From Podarcis filfolensis (lineage: Eukaryota), in assembly GCA_964270895.1 (NCBI GenBank), contig OZ185444.1: a DNA stretch of 64,000 nt; one strand, 5' to 3'. Shown here one piece after another: positions 22,151-36,104 of this stretch. Within the stretch, counting starts at the first letter, position 1; every line of letters starts with the position of its first letter. Under the pieces are notes generated by a model. That model was given only the letters and a program-made list of their open reading frames with translations. It was not told the DNA's origin and searched no databases. The translations under genes were made by a program, and so were the position numbers.

Positions 22151-22805
22151 CGTTAACTGGGACACAAACACGCCCACATTCTCTCCACCCCTGCCCTGTG
22201 GTCTAATATGTTCCTTAGGCAGTTGCTGCTTTTGAAATAGAAACGTGGCCAGTGCAGGTCTTTTGCAATCGTACCTGCGGGTTTCATGGATCCTTGTGGC
22301 GCCTGCCAAACGAAAATGTTTTTCCTCTGTTACCATCCAGACTAAAGAAGCACAGGAGCAAAAACCTCAGCAGCTGCTGAAACTGTAGCAAACTAGCTTG
22401 GAGCTAGTCTTGGATTAAGAACAGGATACAGATATGATTGGGAAAGATGATGGGCTTCATAGCCTGGTGCTTAGTTGGAGAGGCAGGTTTGTCTGTTAAC
22501 ACAGCAATTAAAAACACACATAGAAATTTTAAACTGCTTCCAGCATTCTCGGTCACTAGAACTTCCTTTGGGAGTGTGTTTAAATCCTGCCTAACACAAA
22601 AAACCTCACAAACAAAAGAATCACCCACAGGAATGTTCACTTGAAGAGTAAATGGTTTCCAGATTTGACAACATACAGTATATAGGTGAACCATTGTGTT
22701 CTTCAAATGAACACACTAGGATTCCTCATGGCTGTTTCATATCTAGGCAATTACAGCACTGGACAGTATTTCAACTTGGGCAGCATAGCAGGCACAAAGT
22801 CATTC

Positions 22806-22920
22806 AGAATCACATAATTTGTAGAGTTGGAAAGGACCCTGAGGAGCATTTAGTCCAACCCCCTGCAATGCTGGAATATGCAGCTGTCGCATACAGGGAT
22901 CAAACCTGCAACTTTGGCAT
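22806..22920 (-). mobile_element. tRNA-derived, CR1-tailed SINE (degenerate)
   Basis: gtagagttggaaaggaccctgaggagcatttagtccaaccccctgcaatg matches the tail of the 41676 and 12883 copies. Confidence 0.7.
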
Positions 22921-23908
22921 TATTTTAAAATATTTATATGCCACCTTTCTGAGTAGCACTCTTCCAGAGTAGTTTCAATATTAAATTTCAAAAATAGTAT
23001 CAATGAAAATGTGTAACATAAAACAAAACAGTAGTTCCAGAGAACCAGCAATTCATGAAGAACAGGTTAGGAAAAAAGGTCTCCTAGCCAGTGTTGCTTA
23101 TGTAAAGACACCTTCTGACAAAGTCTTAAGAATTACACAGAAACCCAATTGCAATCAATGAGTTAACACAGTGACCGTTACTGGTAGATCATACTGCTTG
23201 CTTTCAATCTAAAGAAAACTGGTAGAATGAGTGAAAGTAGAAAGATAGTTATGGACTATACTGAGGCATGTAAAAATTACAAAATAGAGAACTTATATAG
23301 TTGTGGAGTGTGGGGGTTATGAACAGGGATGTTGTAAAACTGATTTTTTAAAAAAACAAGTAATTTGCCAAGACCAAACATCTCATAGATGAAATATTGG
23401 TGGTCATGAGGCATATGAAATTAATCAAGATTCAAGTTCCGATTTTTTAAAAAGTTTATATACATTAGCAAAACATTTATACAATGCAATTTGGACTAGA
23501 TGGCAGGAAATAACAAATGTAAAAAAGTATGAGGGGTATATCCAAAGCTCTCCAGTACCAAATGTCACACAACACAGATTATACAAATGTTTACAAATTT
23601 TAAATAAAAATACATCAGTACATTTATCTTTTAAAAAGTCAAGTTTGCCATAGTGCAGATGGCAGAACTGAAGTAGAGCCCCTTTGACTGTTTGACTCAA
23701 AGGAAGTTTCTGACAATTATCTAGGTTTAAAGTGATTGCGCCAGGATTCTCTTCACCACTCAAATGTTACTTGAGACACAAAAGGCTCTGTAAAAATCAA
23801 GACGTTAGCTCCCAGCACATGGGTTTGTTTACAGAATAGCACCTAATACAGCTAACCTGTCCCCCTTGGGATTAACTAGGGAAAACTTGTGAAGAAAGTG
23901 AGAACTTT

Positions 23909-23914
23909 TTTATT
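23909..23914 (-). terminator. HMGXB4: Candidate HMGXB4 polyadenylation signal (AATAAA on minus)
   Basis: First canonical AATAAA I found downstream of the stop, about 1.6 kb away and followed by U-rich sequence. A variant ATTAAA lies at 25061-25066. Confidence 0.4.
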
Positions 23915-25486
23915 AAAACGTTGCCAAGAAGTTTGCAGAAACTTCTTGCAGAAAAAGTGGGCAGAAATAATTTTCATACACTGAGCCTGTGGATCCTAAA
24001 GTGGGTGGAGCACGTGGAATGCAAAGGTGGTTCTACTGCCATTGTCAATTCCCTACTGGGCTTGAGCCAGCTGGGCGGAATGTGGGTAGGGGCTTTTAAA
24101 CTGCCAAGACCACCCTAGGGGTCTGAAGACAGAATATGGAATTTGTGGCTAGTCCTGGAACCAAAATTATCCCACTGTCTGCCACTTTTCAGTTTTCTAA
24201 ATAACAAGTGGCAAGGGAACTTAGGGCAGAATATAAAGTTTTCAATTTTTGTTTCCATCCACCATCCAAATCCCACCGCTACTATTTCCTTCTTGAAAAC
24301 GGCAGATAAAATGCAATTCTGGCAGGGTATCCAGGTAAAAACACATAGTTCTCGTTTTCCATACATGGTTGATGGAGGGAATTTTTCCTTTCATTATAGC
24401 TATATACAGAAATATACAATATAAATTAATCTACTACAGATGCAGTATATGAAAATGTAAATACACATGTTAAAAATGCCACACTTCATCCTAGGTGTGA
24501 GGGAAGTGCTTCCTCAAAGAGCAACAGGCACTCAAAGCGCTAAATCCTGTGGCTGGGATAAAGGACCTGCCCTCTCATTGTCTTCCTCTCAGCTAAAAGC
24601 CCTTAAATTTCAGCTTAATCACTGCCTCTACAGCACACATTTCAGCACCATGAGAGGAGGACCACGTCAGTTCACTGCTGGTGATAAGCAATTATAAATC
24701 AGTATGTGAACTGTAAGGGAGCTGGAGGAGCCCCGGCCCTCAGTCTTTTATGGTGTTACCTTAGGTACTAGTTTTTGAAGGGTACTGGGGGTGGGGGTAG
24801 AGAGATAGCAGAGGGGAAGAGAAATTAGCTAAAATCAGGAGGAGTTGAAGGTAGGGCTTGTAGATCCTCCTCTTTAGAATATCCCAGCACAGTTTTAAAA
24901 TACCACAATCCATTGATTAGTTACAACCTGTGAAAAAGTGATGCAGGCTTTCACTAGGATTTACTACTACTGCTTAAGAAGCCCTTGTTTCTCCTAAGAA
25001 TTTGAGAATTCACTCACCACACCTGAATCTGTATTTAGCAACCTACTTACAACTGGAAGATTTAATGAGGATTCCTGGTGCCAGCACAAGCCCTCAGCAA
25101 AACACTATCCCCTCAACTTTCTTTCCCAGCGTTATTTTAACAACGTGCAAGCCAACCAAACTTCAACCAAACTTGCTTGACTTTTCCAAGTAAAACCAAT
25201 TCATTAAAAAAAAACAACAACAACAACCCAACCATATTAAGGCTAATCTATCAAAATATTTCCCAACTCTAATTGTAGAGACATCCAATCTGAGACAAAA
25301 CCGATTCCCACAAATTACAGTTGAAACTTTTCATAAAATCAAGCAAAATAGTTACAATTCTATTTGATATATTACAGAGAGAAAAACTCAAAGCCCTATA
25401 CATTGTCCTCTGGAAGAACTAGGATAGTGTATCTGTACACACTTCAGTTACTTGGCAGCACGTCACTTCCCATTATCCTTTTCCTG

Positions 25487-25531
25487 TCAGAGTCCAGGCA
25501 TGATGTATGCAATGTTGTCCAATGTGTTTGA
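25487..25531 (-). CDS. HMGXB4: HMGXB4 last coding exon (45 nt; SNTLDNIAYIMPGL*)
   Basis: Identical to recalled human C-terminus; ccag acceptor; TGA at 25487-25489. Confidence 0.96.
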   Translation of the reverse strand, partial: SNTLDNIAYIMPGL

Positions 25532-26831
25532 CTGGAAAGGTGGCCGGGGGGAGAGAGGGAGAGAGAAATATTAAATTGAATCAGTATCTTATAAAAAAAA
25601 CAAGCATGCCTTTGACATTAATGCAGCAGAACAAATGACTTAGGAAAAACCAAACACCTAAAGACATGACAAAGGTAGACAGAGTGCTTCCTTTGGAGAT
25701 GCACAAAAGCCTGTGGATCTTTCAGAGGTACTGGGGAATATTTTCATTTGCCCTGGGCTTTGATAGCCATCACTAAGCCAATAAAGAAATATTTCAGCAC
25801 CAATGATTTTGTGGCACCCAATTCTATAGAAGCCAGGGCCACAACATTTGGCTGGTCTTGGTAGCTGGACTGTGGTCCTCAGGACTTTCAGCACATGAGC
25901 AATAAGCTCCATGATGCTTGCAGGGGTTTACACCCAGGAAACTAGCCCTAAGATTGCAGTTAGGTCCTATCTAATTCACTTCTGAGTAGACAGTAAAACT
26001 GGGTCACTGAGGGTGTGCTTTATCTTTGCTACTCATAGCCAAAATGGCCACCTTGCCCCCCAGAGCCAAAGGCTTCATACTGATCACAGAGACTCAAAAT
26101 GGCAAGACTCAGCCCTCTGTGGAACTGGAAAGGGGAACAGATATCTTTCTGTACTTCTGTTGTAACCCCCAAAGCTCATTGCAAGTCTTAAGAGATGATC
26201 CCCACTGCTTCCTCAACTCCAAGTTAGAGAAGAAAGGGCAATGGAACATTCACCATGGTTAGCAAAACTGGACTGCTCAGAATTAGGTTTTACTGATTTT
26301 CTGCTTTTTAGCACTGAATGTATTAGCTTGCTGCATTGTGCTTTAATTTTTAACATGGAAGGTGCCTTGAGCATCCTAGAAAAGGCAGGATATGAATATT
26401 TAAAATAAATTCAGGACATGTTTTTATAAAATTGCAGTTCTTACGTAACACAGCCGCCTGCTGGTAGAAAATATTAACAGCAGGTTGCAGGAGGAACAGC
26501 CTTTAATAAATGTTTCAGCTGCCTGGGACAAATGAAGCAACTCTCAACATAATTAGGTGTGCTTCACAGCCAATGTGCTGTGATGGTTAAAGGGTTAATT
26601 TAGAATGGGGGGAGACTTGGGTTCAATTCTCATTAGGTGAACTTGAGCCAGCCACCACCGTTCAGGCTAACCTATCCCACAGGGTTGATTTGATAAGGGG
26701 ACATGGGTACCATCTATGTTGCCTTGCATTCATTGGAGAAAAAGTAGGATAAGGATGTCATATTGTTTTCTAAAATGCACTGTCTTCTATTTTTTTTTAC
26801 TTTACACAAGCTTTCTTTCAATAACAAAATC

Positions 26832-27074
26832 ATTATTTATATCCCACCTCCCCCCCCCCCATGAGCTCAAGGTGGCGTACATAGTTTTGCCCCTTCTCAT
26901 TTAATCCTCACAACAACATCCCTGTGACTTATGTTAGGCTGAGAGACAGTGGCTAGAAAGGACTCTACAATTGTATGACTGGCCCAGGGTCATCCAGTGA
27001 GGTGCAGAGCAGGGCTGGGATTTGAACCCTGGTCTCCTAAGTCCTAGTCCAGCAGTTTAACCACTACACCACAC
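26832..27074 (-). mobile_element. MIR/CORE-like squamate SINE
   Basis: Similar to 7351-7571 along its whole length. Confidence 0.7.
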
Positions 27075-27654
27075 TAATCCTCTAAATATTCTATTCATAT
27101 ACAATGAATACAAAATCTGGTATGGAGTGTATATTGCATCATCTCACATACAAAAAAAGTGTGCTTTGAACACAGGAAAAGGTGGGACTGAAGTGCAACA
27201 AGGAAGACATGTGGACACCACCAACAAATTACATACAAACTGAATGTTCAACCCAGCCAATGGGTGCCAGTATTGCACCCTCCATATGTTGTAAAGAATA
27301 CAACTCCCATTGTTACTGACCATTGACCATGCTTGCTAGGGCTGATGGGAGTTGGAGTCCAACAACAGCTCGAAGGCACCACACTGGCTACTCCAGGACT
27401 AAAAATACATGGTTGTGCAGAAGGGCAGATAGAAAATAAGACAACTTGAATCCTGCTAAGTTCAACCAGCATTTCCTTTCTATAAATTCCTTAAGCTGTG
27501 AGAGAAGAGGGTACTAACACGGGAGTATCCTACATATAAAGCAAAGTGCTGAAGGTGTGCAACAATTATGGCAAAAACCATGCCTTTCATGGGCAGACGG
27601 AAGCTGTAAGAAATAGTGTGAGACCTTGGCATTCCAAAACAACACAGAACTTAC

Positions 27655-27777
27655 CAAAACGTGTTTGGGGCAGCCATTTAGTTCAGGGAGCTGGGATGTC
27701 AGGCATGCCAAAGGGCCTAGAGCACAAATGATTGAATCCAGGAGCACAGATAAACTTCCTGATACAGCTACCATACC
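27655..27777 (-). CDS. HMGXB4: HMGXB4 coding exon (123 nt; [41 protein letters not shown])
   Basis: cag acceptor and gtaag donor; matches HMGXB4 C-terminal region. Confidence 0.97.
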
Positions 27778-29068
27778 CTGGGAAGGAAAAAAGGAAGTAG
27801 TAGTAAGAGATTTGTCTTGATGTCAGTTTGTTATCTTTGTCTTAGGCCCAGCACAGATTCTCTCATTCTCATGGAGCTGGCAACCCTGATTGGCTTATTG
27901 AAGCGCTTGTCAGGAGCTCATCCTACTCTTGAGTAGGACCCTGGCAGAGACACATGCCCAACTGGCATGTTTTCTCCCTCCTGGTCAATTGTTTGGGAGC
28001 TTCAAAAGCTTTCTTCAGCCCGAACATCACAGCAACCGATGCCAACAGACATCGGCACTTAGGGATCCGCAGAGTCTGCGCAGTTCGCGTGACAGACCTC
28101 TGCAACTCAGCATTTTGGCTAATCTACTTTATTTACATATAAACACACCCAGAGCACTGCAACATGGCTTCCTCTCTCTCTAGCATCAGACAGCAAAGAG
28201 AAAAAGAACAAAGGACAATATTCCCACTTCACGGAACACAGTAACACAAACATCCTGTTTCCGTCACTTCCCACTCTGTGGAGTTAAAACATACACAGTC
28301 ATGTGAAAGACAACAATCCTATGACTGCAACCACAGAGCAGGAATTCTAACAGCGCTCTTCTCTTAGAAAAGATGAAGCTCAAATGCAGGAATGAAAGAA
28401 CAGAGATGGAAGACATACTTTCTCATTTTTGAAGTTATTTCTGGCCACTTCTACTCAACACACCATGGCTGCAACCCTGCGCCCTATGTCTAAAGCACCA
28501 GGCAGAATGATAAATATGGGAGCGCAGCAGATGACAAAGCAGCTTTGCGCAAGATACCAGTAAGGTGCTCCCACCCTGTACTTCCTTACTGTGATGCTTA
28601 AATGTTTGATGTGCTGCTGCTGTCCTGCTGTGCACTGTACCTGGAGCTTCCATATAGTCATCATGACTACAAGCCACAAATTGTAGTCTATATGAGGGGT
28701 TGGAAAGCCTTTCCAGCTCAAGGGTTTCATTCTGTTCAGGGAGGGGCAGGAGACACATTCTAGTAAAGGGCAGAACAATTAATGTAAATCTTATCTCTGT
28801 ACAAGAGGCTGGTTTTTTTGACACCCCCCCTCAAGTGCCCATCCAGGCAAGCAAGCAAAAGTCCTTCTCAGAGTTCAAGGACTCATTCCAGCCAAACAAA
28901 AACAAGCAAGCAATCTATCGCCAGGGAAGAGTGTGTATGGCTGGGGAGAGTCCCAAGATTCACGGACAGGACTGGGTTGCATTTGGCCCCTGGGCTTAAG
29001 GATCCACACCCCTGGGCTATATTAAACTTCCATGTTCAGAGGCAATAGATCTCAATTTCATATCCTAG

Positions 29069-29197
29069 CAGGGTTTCCCAAACTTGGGTATCCAGCTGTT
29101 TGTTTTTTGATCTACAACTCCCACCATCCCTGGCTAGCAGTGATTATAAGAATTGTAGTCCAAAAACTGCTAGAGACCTAACTTTGGGGAAACCCTG
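29069..29197. mobile_element. hAT-like MITE
   Basis: TIRs CAGGGTTTCCCAAA / TTTGGGGAAACCCTG; no clear TSD. Confidence 0.55.
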
Positions 29198-29899
29198 TCT
29201 TATATTAAGAACATAAGAGGAGCCTGCTGAATCAGGCCATTCTGGTCTCTATTCAGTGTCCAACCACATACCATGGGAGGCCCAGCAACAGAGCCTGACT
29301 GTAGCAGATGTAAGTCATATAAACAAAGTTGGAAACAAAAAAATCACCTGAAAGCAAAAAGTAAATAAAGAATACGAATAAAGGGAAATGTACTCAGGAA
29401 TTGTATACCCAGACACAAAATGTAGTTAAACTAGTAAATGAGGGTAAAATCAATTTGGGTGGATTGTTACTTCATGCTACTTTACAATGCAAGAGCTTTT
29501 CACTCTTAATGGATTCATCATTTCAGGGCAAACTGTTTGGGTAGCTGCCAAAATCCCCATTTGGGCATTTTAATTTAATGTCATTAGCAGTAATGCAGGG
29601 CGTGTCATCTTGTTCTGCACAGGCAGTCATCCCAGAATGATGCCATGACATGGCTGCGGGTAGTTTGTATAACAGACTAATGTGATCAACAGTTTCCATC
29701 TAATCCCTCAAATGCAGCAGTAGCCAAGCAAGAGCTGTGTTTTATATGTATTTTGGAAAGCATTTATTCTGCTTTATATATATATAAACCTTAGTTCAAC
29801 CAAACATCTTGACATAGAATTGGAAACCATGAGATTTTTAAAAAAATGATGGCAACTCAGGAATGAAGCTTGCTTAACCTGAAAAGTGGAGTCTTGATA

Positions 29900-30110
29900 C
29901 AGTGGTACCTCTACTTAAGAACGCAATTTGTTTCAGGGTGCCGTTTGCACCCCAAAAAGTCTGTAAGTAGAGTGTCGCTACTGCGTGTGTGCGATAGAGT
30001 GCAGATCGCTTCACACGTACTGCGAACCTGGAAGTAAACAATTCCGGGTTTGCCGCGTTCGTAACCTGAAAAGCCGCAACATGAAGCAAACGTAACACGA
30101 GGTATGACTG
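29900..30110. mobile_element. Tc1/mariner MITE
   Basis: TA|CAGTGGTACCTC ... GAGGTATGACTG|TA. Confidence 0.8.
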
Positions 30111-30295
30111 TACACAAATAAGAGCCCTTGGAGCAAATAAAGTTCGTTCAATGTGGCACTGAATGCAGTATGCAGAACAGGCAAACTTGTTCAATTCAGC
30201 TTATTCCAATTAGTTATTTGAACTTTGTGAATAAAATAGCTCTCTTGTTTAAAAATGAAATGACTACATTCGCGTGCGAAGGTTCCTGCACCTAC

Positions 30296-30465
30296 CTCTG
30301 TCTCCTGTAGCCTGTGGCCAATAAGACTTAGAGATTCACCCAGCAATTGCAGATGTGCAGCTACATCTATGGGATCCGTTTCAGGAACTTTGACAGGTGA
30401 TGCAGATAGCACTACAGTGCTAGATGGAGACTTCTTATGGGGTGAAAGTGCCCCTGTTAGAGAAG
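30296..30465 (-). CDS. HMGXB4: HMGXB4 coding exon (170 nt; ...PETDPIDVAAHLQLLGESLSLIGHRLQETE)
   Basis: ttcag acceptor and gtagg donor; matches HMGXB4. Confidence 0.97.
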
Positions 30466-31120
30466 CTGAAAACAGAAAGTAAAACACTTATTTCTGCATT
30501 TTACATATTATGAAAACTCTGCATCAACTGCACAGTTTACATAGCCAAACTGTATGGCCATAGAAGTTTAGCCCACACTATTTCTTTAACTTACTTTATT
30601 TTTAATGCAGTTTTATTTATTTATGAATCATCTCTTACATTTGGCTCTAGCTGATTCACAAACATACCACAAAACTGCTAAAAAATAGTTTTCAAAACAC
30701 TACAAAAAGCAAAAGATAGGCGTTCATTTTTTTACTGTTTTAAACCTTTCCATCCAGAGAGAGAAGCTTGTTGAAGCAAAAATGTGTTCAACTGTTTTGC
30801 AGCTACAGTAGCAACAGCCTTAAGGAAACTGAGAATCAGTCTGTCCTTAATTATTCAGGTTTCACATTGTTGTCCTAATTTGTACAATCTATTGGGAATT
30901 TGCTCCAACAGCATTTGTTGAGCTGCTTTATATTCTGTACCATATACCACATGTGGAATAACTTTCCCCAGAAAAATCTTTTAAGTGCAGATCTTAGATT
31001 AACTCCTGAAAGCAAGCATATGGCCTTACTTATAGGTTTGGAAGTCCTGTGGATATCCAGGTATGATTTTGATTAAACTGCATTCCTAAATATTTAAAGT
31101 CCTTAAAGTATTCCAAATTA

Positions 31121-31349
31121 CAGTGGTACCTCTTTTAAGAACTTAATTAATTCTGGAGGGCCATTCTTAACCTGAAACCGTTCTTAACCTGAGGTACCAC
31201 TTTAGCTAATGGGGCCTCCCGCTGCCGCTGTACGATTTCTGTTCTCATCCTGGGGCAAAGTTCTTAACCCAAGGTACTACTTCCGGGTTAGCAGAGTTTG
31301 TAACCTGAAGTGTTTGTAACCTGAGGTGTTGTAACCCGAGGTACCACTG
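31121..31349. mobile_element. Tc1/mariner MITE
   Basis: Perfect TIRs TA|CAGTGGTACCTC ... GAGGTACCACTG|TA; internal taacc(t/c)ga repeats. Confidence 0.85.
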
Positions 31350-31694
31350 TAGTATTACTGTCTGTGTATGTGGCCTAGGCCTTTTATCAAGCAAATTAAG
31401 TTTTGTTTTAGCATAGATCAAAGGTAGATGTTCTTTTTTTTCAAAATGAAAAAAATTCAAAATCTTAAAGGGGTCCCTCATACTAAGCATGGATGAAGAT
31501 ACAAAGGGCATGCCATCTGCATAAAGCAACATGGAGGGTCTGCCATCTAAAGCTGTGTGGGATAAATACTGAGGATCTTTGAAGATCCTGGATTACACAC
31601 ACACTCATAATGGACTAACAGACAACCTCGTCTTACACTTGAACAGCCTCATTTTAAGAATGGTATGTAAGAAACAGTGGAATATAGAGATTAC

Positions 31695-31800
31695 CTTTCA
31701 GTTTTGGTGCACCCTCTGATGAGGTTGCTTTCCTCTTCACTGTTGTAGCCTCTGCTTTATTCTGCTTGTGTTGCAAATACTGCGCCTTCTGCTTCCAAAC
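31695..31800 (-). CDS. HMGXB4: HMGXB4 coding exon (106 nt; VWKQKAQYLQHKQNKAEATTVKRKATSSEGAPKLK), end of HMG box
   Basis: ttcag acceptor and gtaat donor; matches HMGXB4. Confidence 0.96.
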
Positions 31801-31895
31801 CTGAAAAGAATAGGGAAAACAAAACTAGTGTTAAAAAAGGCAACATCAGCTGTCCAACCATACAGATGGAGCAATTATAAAGCAGGATGTCTGGC

Positions 31896-31898
<3 letters not shown>

Positions 31899-31968
<70 letters not shown>
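31899..31968. repeat. Compound (GT)n(GA)n microsatellite
   Basis: Directly visible, in the HMGXB4 intron between the 65-nt and 106-nt exons. Confidence 0.95.
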
Positions 31969-31975
<7 letters not shown>

Positions 31976-32137
31976 TCAATACCAAACATTTCCCATTCGC
32001 AAGCAGGGGTAGGTGATATGCAATACACAGATTTGGAAGGTAATAAATACAAGAGCCATGGTGGCAGTATTCCAGGACCAAGTCAGTTTTCTGCCTACAC
32101 GTGTCATTTTCTGTACAAATGTTTATCAGATATTTAC

Positions 32138-32202
32138 CAGCTTATCTTTCTCCGGAAGCTGCTTCCAAACTTCTGCCAGCTTTTTGCTCAGATCACCAAA
32201 AT
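32138..32202 (-). CDS. HMGXB4: HMGXB4 coding exon (65 nt; FGDLSKKLAEVWKQLPEKDKL), HMG box
   Basis: ttag acceptor and gtaaa donor; HMG-box helix sequence. Confidence 0.96.
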
Positions 32203-32398
32203 CTAACGGGAAAACAGGGAAAGTAAGCCATTCAGAGAAAAGCAGAGATTTTCTATGTACATTCAGTTAACTACTTGAACCGTTATAGGACTCATTGTTT
32301 ACAATACATACGATGCTAAAATATCTCATTATTGTCTACATACATGGAAAAACAATCCATGGAACAGTTGCAAAAAAATCACAGCGAGGAATAAGAGC

Positions 32399-32640
32399 AA
32401 GAACATAAGAAGAGCCCTGCTGGAACATACCAGAGACCTAGCTAGCCCACCTTTTCCCCTCACAGGGGCCAACTACATGCCTATGGAAAGCCCACTAGGA
32501 GGACATGAGTGCAGCACCAATCCCACTTTGGTTCCCCAATGAACAATATTTAGAGGTATACTGATTCTGGAGGCATCACACAGCCATCATGAAAAGTAAC
32601 CTTATTCTCTATGAATTTGTCTAATCCCCCTTTTAAAGCT
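32399..32640 (-). mobile_element. Old amniote SINE/LINE tail (LF-SINE- or CR1-like)
   Basis: Starts aagaacataagaagagccctgctgg; a related fragment lies at 29208-29290. Family assignment uncertain. Confidence 0.45.
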
Positions 32641-33615
32641 CTCTTACATTAGTGGCTGGTCTAGTCCATCCCACACAATGTTGTAATGCACGTTATGTGG
32701 TCAGGACTTGGGACAAAAAGTGGAAAAGAGCAGGAGCTAAGAAATTCAGAATTCTATGTTTGGGAGGATATGTGACAGCAGAATGTAAGGTAATTTCTAC
32801 TGCTATGCATATATGTGGCATTTAATCCTGTCATCTACCCAGAGAAAAAAATATTGTATGTCTGCCTACCCTCCTAGTATCCACAATTTAAACGCTAACG
32901 TGTTTGTTCCTAGCAAGGGTGCTAATCATTTTTGGTTTACGACATAAACCACAATTGCCTGTTTCTAATAGGGATCTGGAGGTCTGATATGGTTGTATTT
33001 CTTAAGTTTGAAAAAAACACACCCTTCAGTCCCTTTACATGGGGTTCTGCAGAGGAGACAAGTATGCTGATCTACACTCCCCAAGCTCCAAAAGTCATGT
33101 GCACAGAACAATCTTGAATCCTTTGAAACAGCCTGAGTAAAGGATTTTTGAATGCCCTGCTTGATAATCACACCTTGAAGAAGAATGGCATTTGCATTAC
33201 AACCCTTAGTGCCATTTTTATTTCTGCTGCCACTTTAATACCAAAGAGACGGCCCAGAATGATTGGTTATATGCTTTCTGAAAAAGTGTATCGCCCAGAT
33301 TCATAATGGGAACACAGAGCCTTTGCTGGAGCAGAGTTCTTTCAAATATTAAAACATTTCTTCTCCACAGCTTGTGCTTTCATTTTGCAGTGGCCCAATG
33401 GGCAGGATCCAACATCATGCCAGTAAAGATGTCAGGCATTCCCCTACCTATCTCTCCCCTACCACTCCTTTCCAAAAGGTCCCCCAATTCTCTGGAGCAG
33501 ATTTGGGGGATATACAGGTGGGCTGCAGGGGGAAAGAGAGAAAGTGAAGTGCAGTGTGTCCAAGCGGGATGCCACAACTGGATATCTCCCAAACCTTACC
33601 GGACACTTCTATTAC

Positions 33616-33697
33616 CTATTCCTGGATGCTCAGCCACAATGTTCACACGATACTCTTTACAGAATACTTGGTAGGCAGACATGTTCTTCTTCTTTGG
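33616..33697 (-). CDS. HMGXB4: HMGXB4 coding exon (82 nt; PKKKNMSAYQVFCKEYRVNIVAEHPGI), start of HMG box
   Basis: tag acceptor and gtaat donor; matches HMGXB4. Confidence 0.96.
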
Positions 33698-34259
33698 CTA
33701 ATCAGGAAGAGGAAAAAGAAAGCAAGAAGTTTATGTTGGAATATGTTGTAAAATATTCAAGCTCCTTTAGAAATCCCCAAAGAAAATAATCTCCTGGTGC
33801 ATTCTCTTCGACAAGTTAGAAGTGGGTTAATTTCAAGCTGAGTTTTTGTATGATGTATGTTATTTAGCTACTTATATTCTTACTCAGTCCTTGAGGTCAT
33901 TGTTGGAGACCTCTCTGAGTGGCAGTGCCAAATGAGACCCAGAGGATGGATATGAAAGAGAAGGTATTCTCTGTGGCAGCACTGCATCATCTTTCTCAGA
34001 AAGGCATGCCTGGTGCATACTTGGTAACCTTTTCAGTACCAGGCAAGTACTCTTTTATTTTCCCATGCTTTTTAATGGATTTTTAATCAGTAGATTGCTT
34101 AGCATCAATGTTATTTATATCAAAAAGAAAAAAAGTCAATGTAAGTCTGATTTAAATCAAGTTTCCTACTGATACTTCTTCCTATTTCTTAAACAATGGC
34201 GGGAATCTGACCATTAAAGCATGTTAATTTACAACTAAGTAATACCATTTGTTGTTACT

Positions 34260-34670
34260 ATTTTTAAAGCATTTTTACAACTTATATATACGTCATACAA
34301 TATTCATCATTTATCTCTTATCTTCAGACTTCCCAGTCCATCTCTCTCCATGGTAGTCTTTTGTCGGCTGCATATTCCACCCATTCCTTTAGTTAGTGTG
34401 TGTCTTCCTTTAATTAGTGTTATCTGCTGCTCATATGTTCATTCCTACTTGTAGGTTAAATTGACTATTATACCCTCTAAGATACTCTTCAAAGCACTTC
34501 CACGCATCTTATCTGTGACTCATCCTTATTTCTTAATTTCAGTTACTAATTCTGTGTATTCTATCAATTTATTCTGCCAAATTTCTTTTGTATCTCTTTC
34601 TTTCAATTTTTTTGGATATACTACTCTAGCTGTGGCAGTCGTAAACAATACCATTTAAACCACTCTTTCC
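34260..34670 (-). mobile_element. 5'-truncated L1 3' fragment
   Basis: Minus-strand frame LFTTATARVVYPKKLKERDTKEIWQNKLIEYTEL resembles the L1 ORF2 C-terminus; T-rich tail. Confidence 0.6.
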
Positions 34671-36104
34671 TACAACTAGGCCTTGCATCGCTTTGTTGCA
34701 CTGTTCCTTCTCTACTGACAGCTAGAATGTATTTAACCCTTTCCCATATAGACCATCTTGGCTATGAGTCCTGGAAGACTTGCTCCCTGCCTTGCAGGTC
34801 TTTCTCTACCTGGCCTGGGAGGACAGGGTTGTGACTGACTTCTGCTATGAAAGCTGAGGCTGCTGAACAGAATATTGAGCTGAGGCATTGTTTAAGTGGT
34901 TTTGTGTGTGTGGGAGGGGTGTTGCTGTTAATTTTTTGTATCTTTATTTTGTATCTTATGAGTTATGTGGAAATGGTTCAATTTGGTTGTGTACTTTTTG
35001 ATGTCTTGTTTATTGTTTATGACTACTTTTGCTAGAAATTTTTTATATGTTGTAAACCATGGCTTGAGTGTGGTTTAACTTTAGAAAGGCGGAAACAAGT
35101 AAAATAACTGATTGACTGATATTGGGTCTTTCTTACAATAAGCCCCATAACAGCATACAAACAAAGTTAAGTATGGGGATATACTGCACAGTGGGCATTT
35201 TTGTTTTCTCTTCTTTCCAGTATGGATCTTCTCTGCTTCACTCTTACCTTGATAGGTAGATGTCTGAAAGGTACCGGGCAGACTACAGCAATTTATTTTC
35301 ATTAGGTTAAATTGATATGCCTATGTTTGGCAGGTAGAGTATACATGTTCATATTTCAGAAAGGATCCAATTGGTTTTTCATTTACATAAAAGCCTTTTT
35401 TCAAACTCAGTGTGGGCTATATCTCACTACACCATGACTTAGTATTATTAATTTCCATGGGTATACTCTGCATAACTTAGTTGGACAGCATCCTGTATGG
35501 TAGAGACATTAATTGAATTTAGACATTTACTGTAGGGCCAGTGTTCGAAACTCCCATTGTTCTAGTTGCATTTTGTGACAGGGAATTTCATTTTTTTGTG
35601 CATTTTGAGGTTTTGCTTTTAAAAGTTTCAATGCCTATTTGTATTTAACTTTTATTGATTTGTATCTGGTGTGCTGTGTTTTATATTGCAATTTTAAAGT
35701 TTCTTATTTTATTCCGCAATTGTTTTGTTATTCTCATTGTATTTTATCAATGTTTATATACATGACTCAAAGAGCTTCAGCTACTGGGCAGTACAGGGCT
35801 GCCATCAATGAATAAAATAGCTACTTCTACCAGCTACTTTTACCTAAATATTTCTAAAGCAGAAACCAATTTGTTTCAATGTTAAGCACATTCGGGGGGG
35901 GGGGGGGAGAAGTGTACTCCTTTAGAGTGTTTCTGCTTATCTGCAGTTCAGAAAGACAACAATCAAGATAATTTATATATTTGGTTCCTATTTCTGAAGT
36001 TAACTAACAAAACTGCAAAGAACAGTCTAGAGCCCTCTATTTTGGGAACAACAGTCCTCAGCATTTCTAATCACCCACTTGTGCTGCCACTTTTTCCTTT
36101 TTAC

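Noticed and set aside
26570-27074. Inverted pair of SINEs as a dsRNA/editing substrate
   Set aside because: The two copies are too diverged to form a long duplex.
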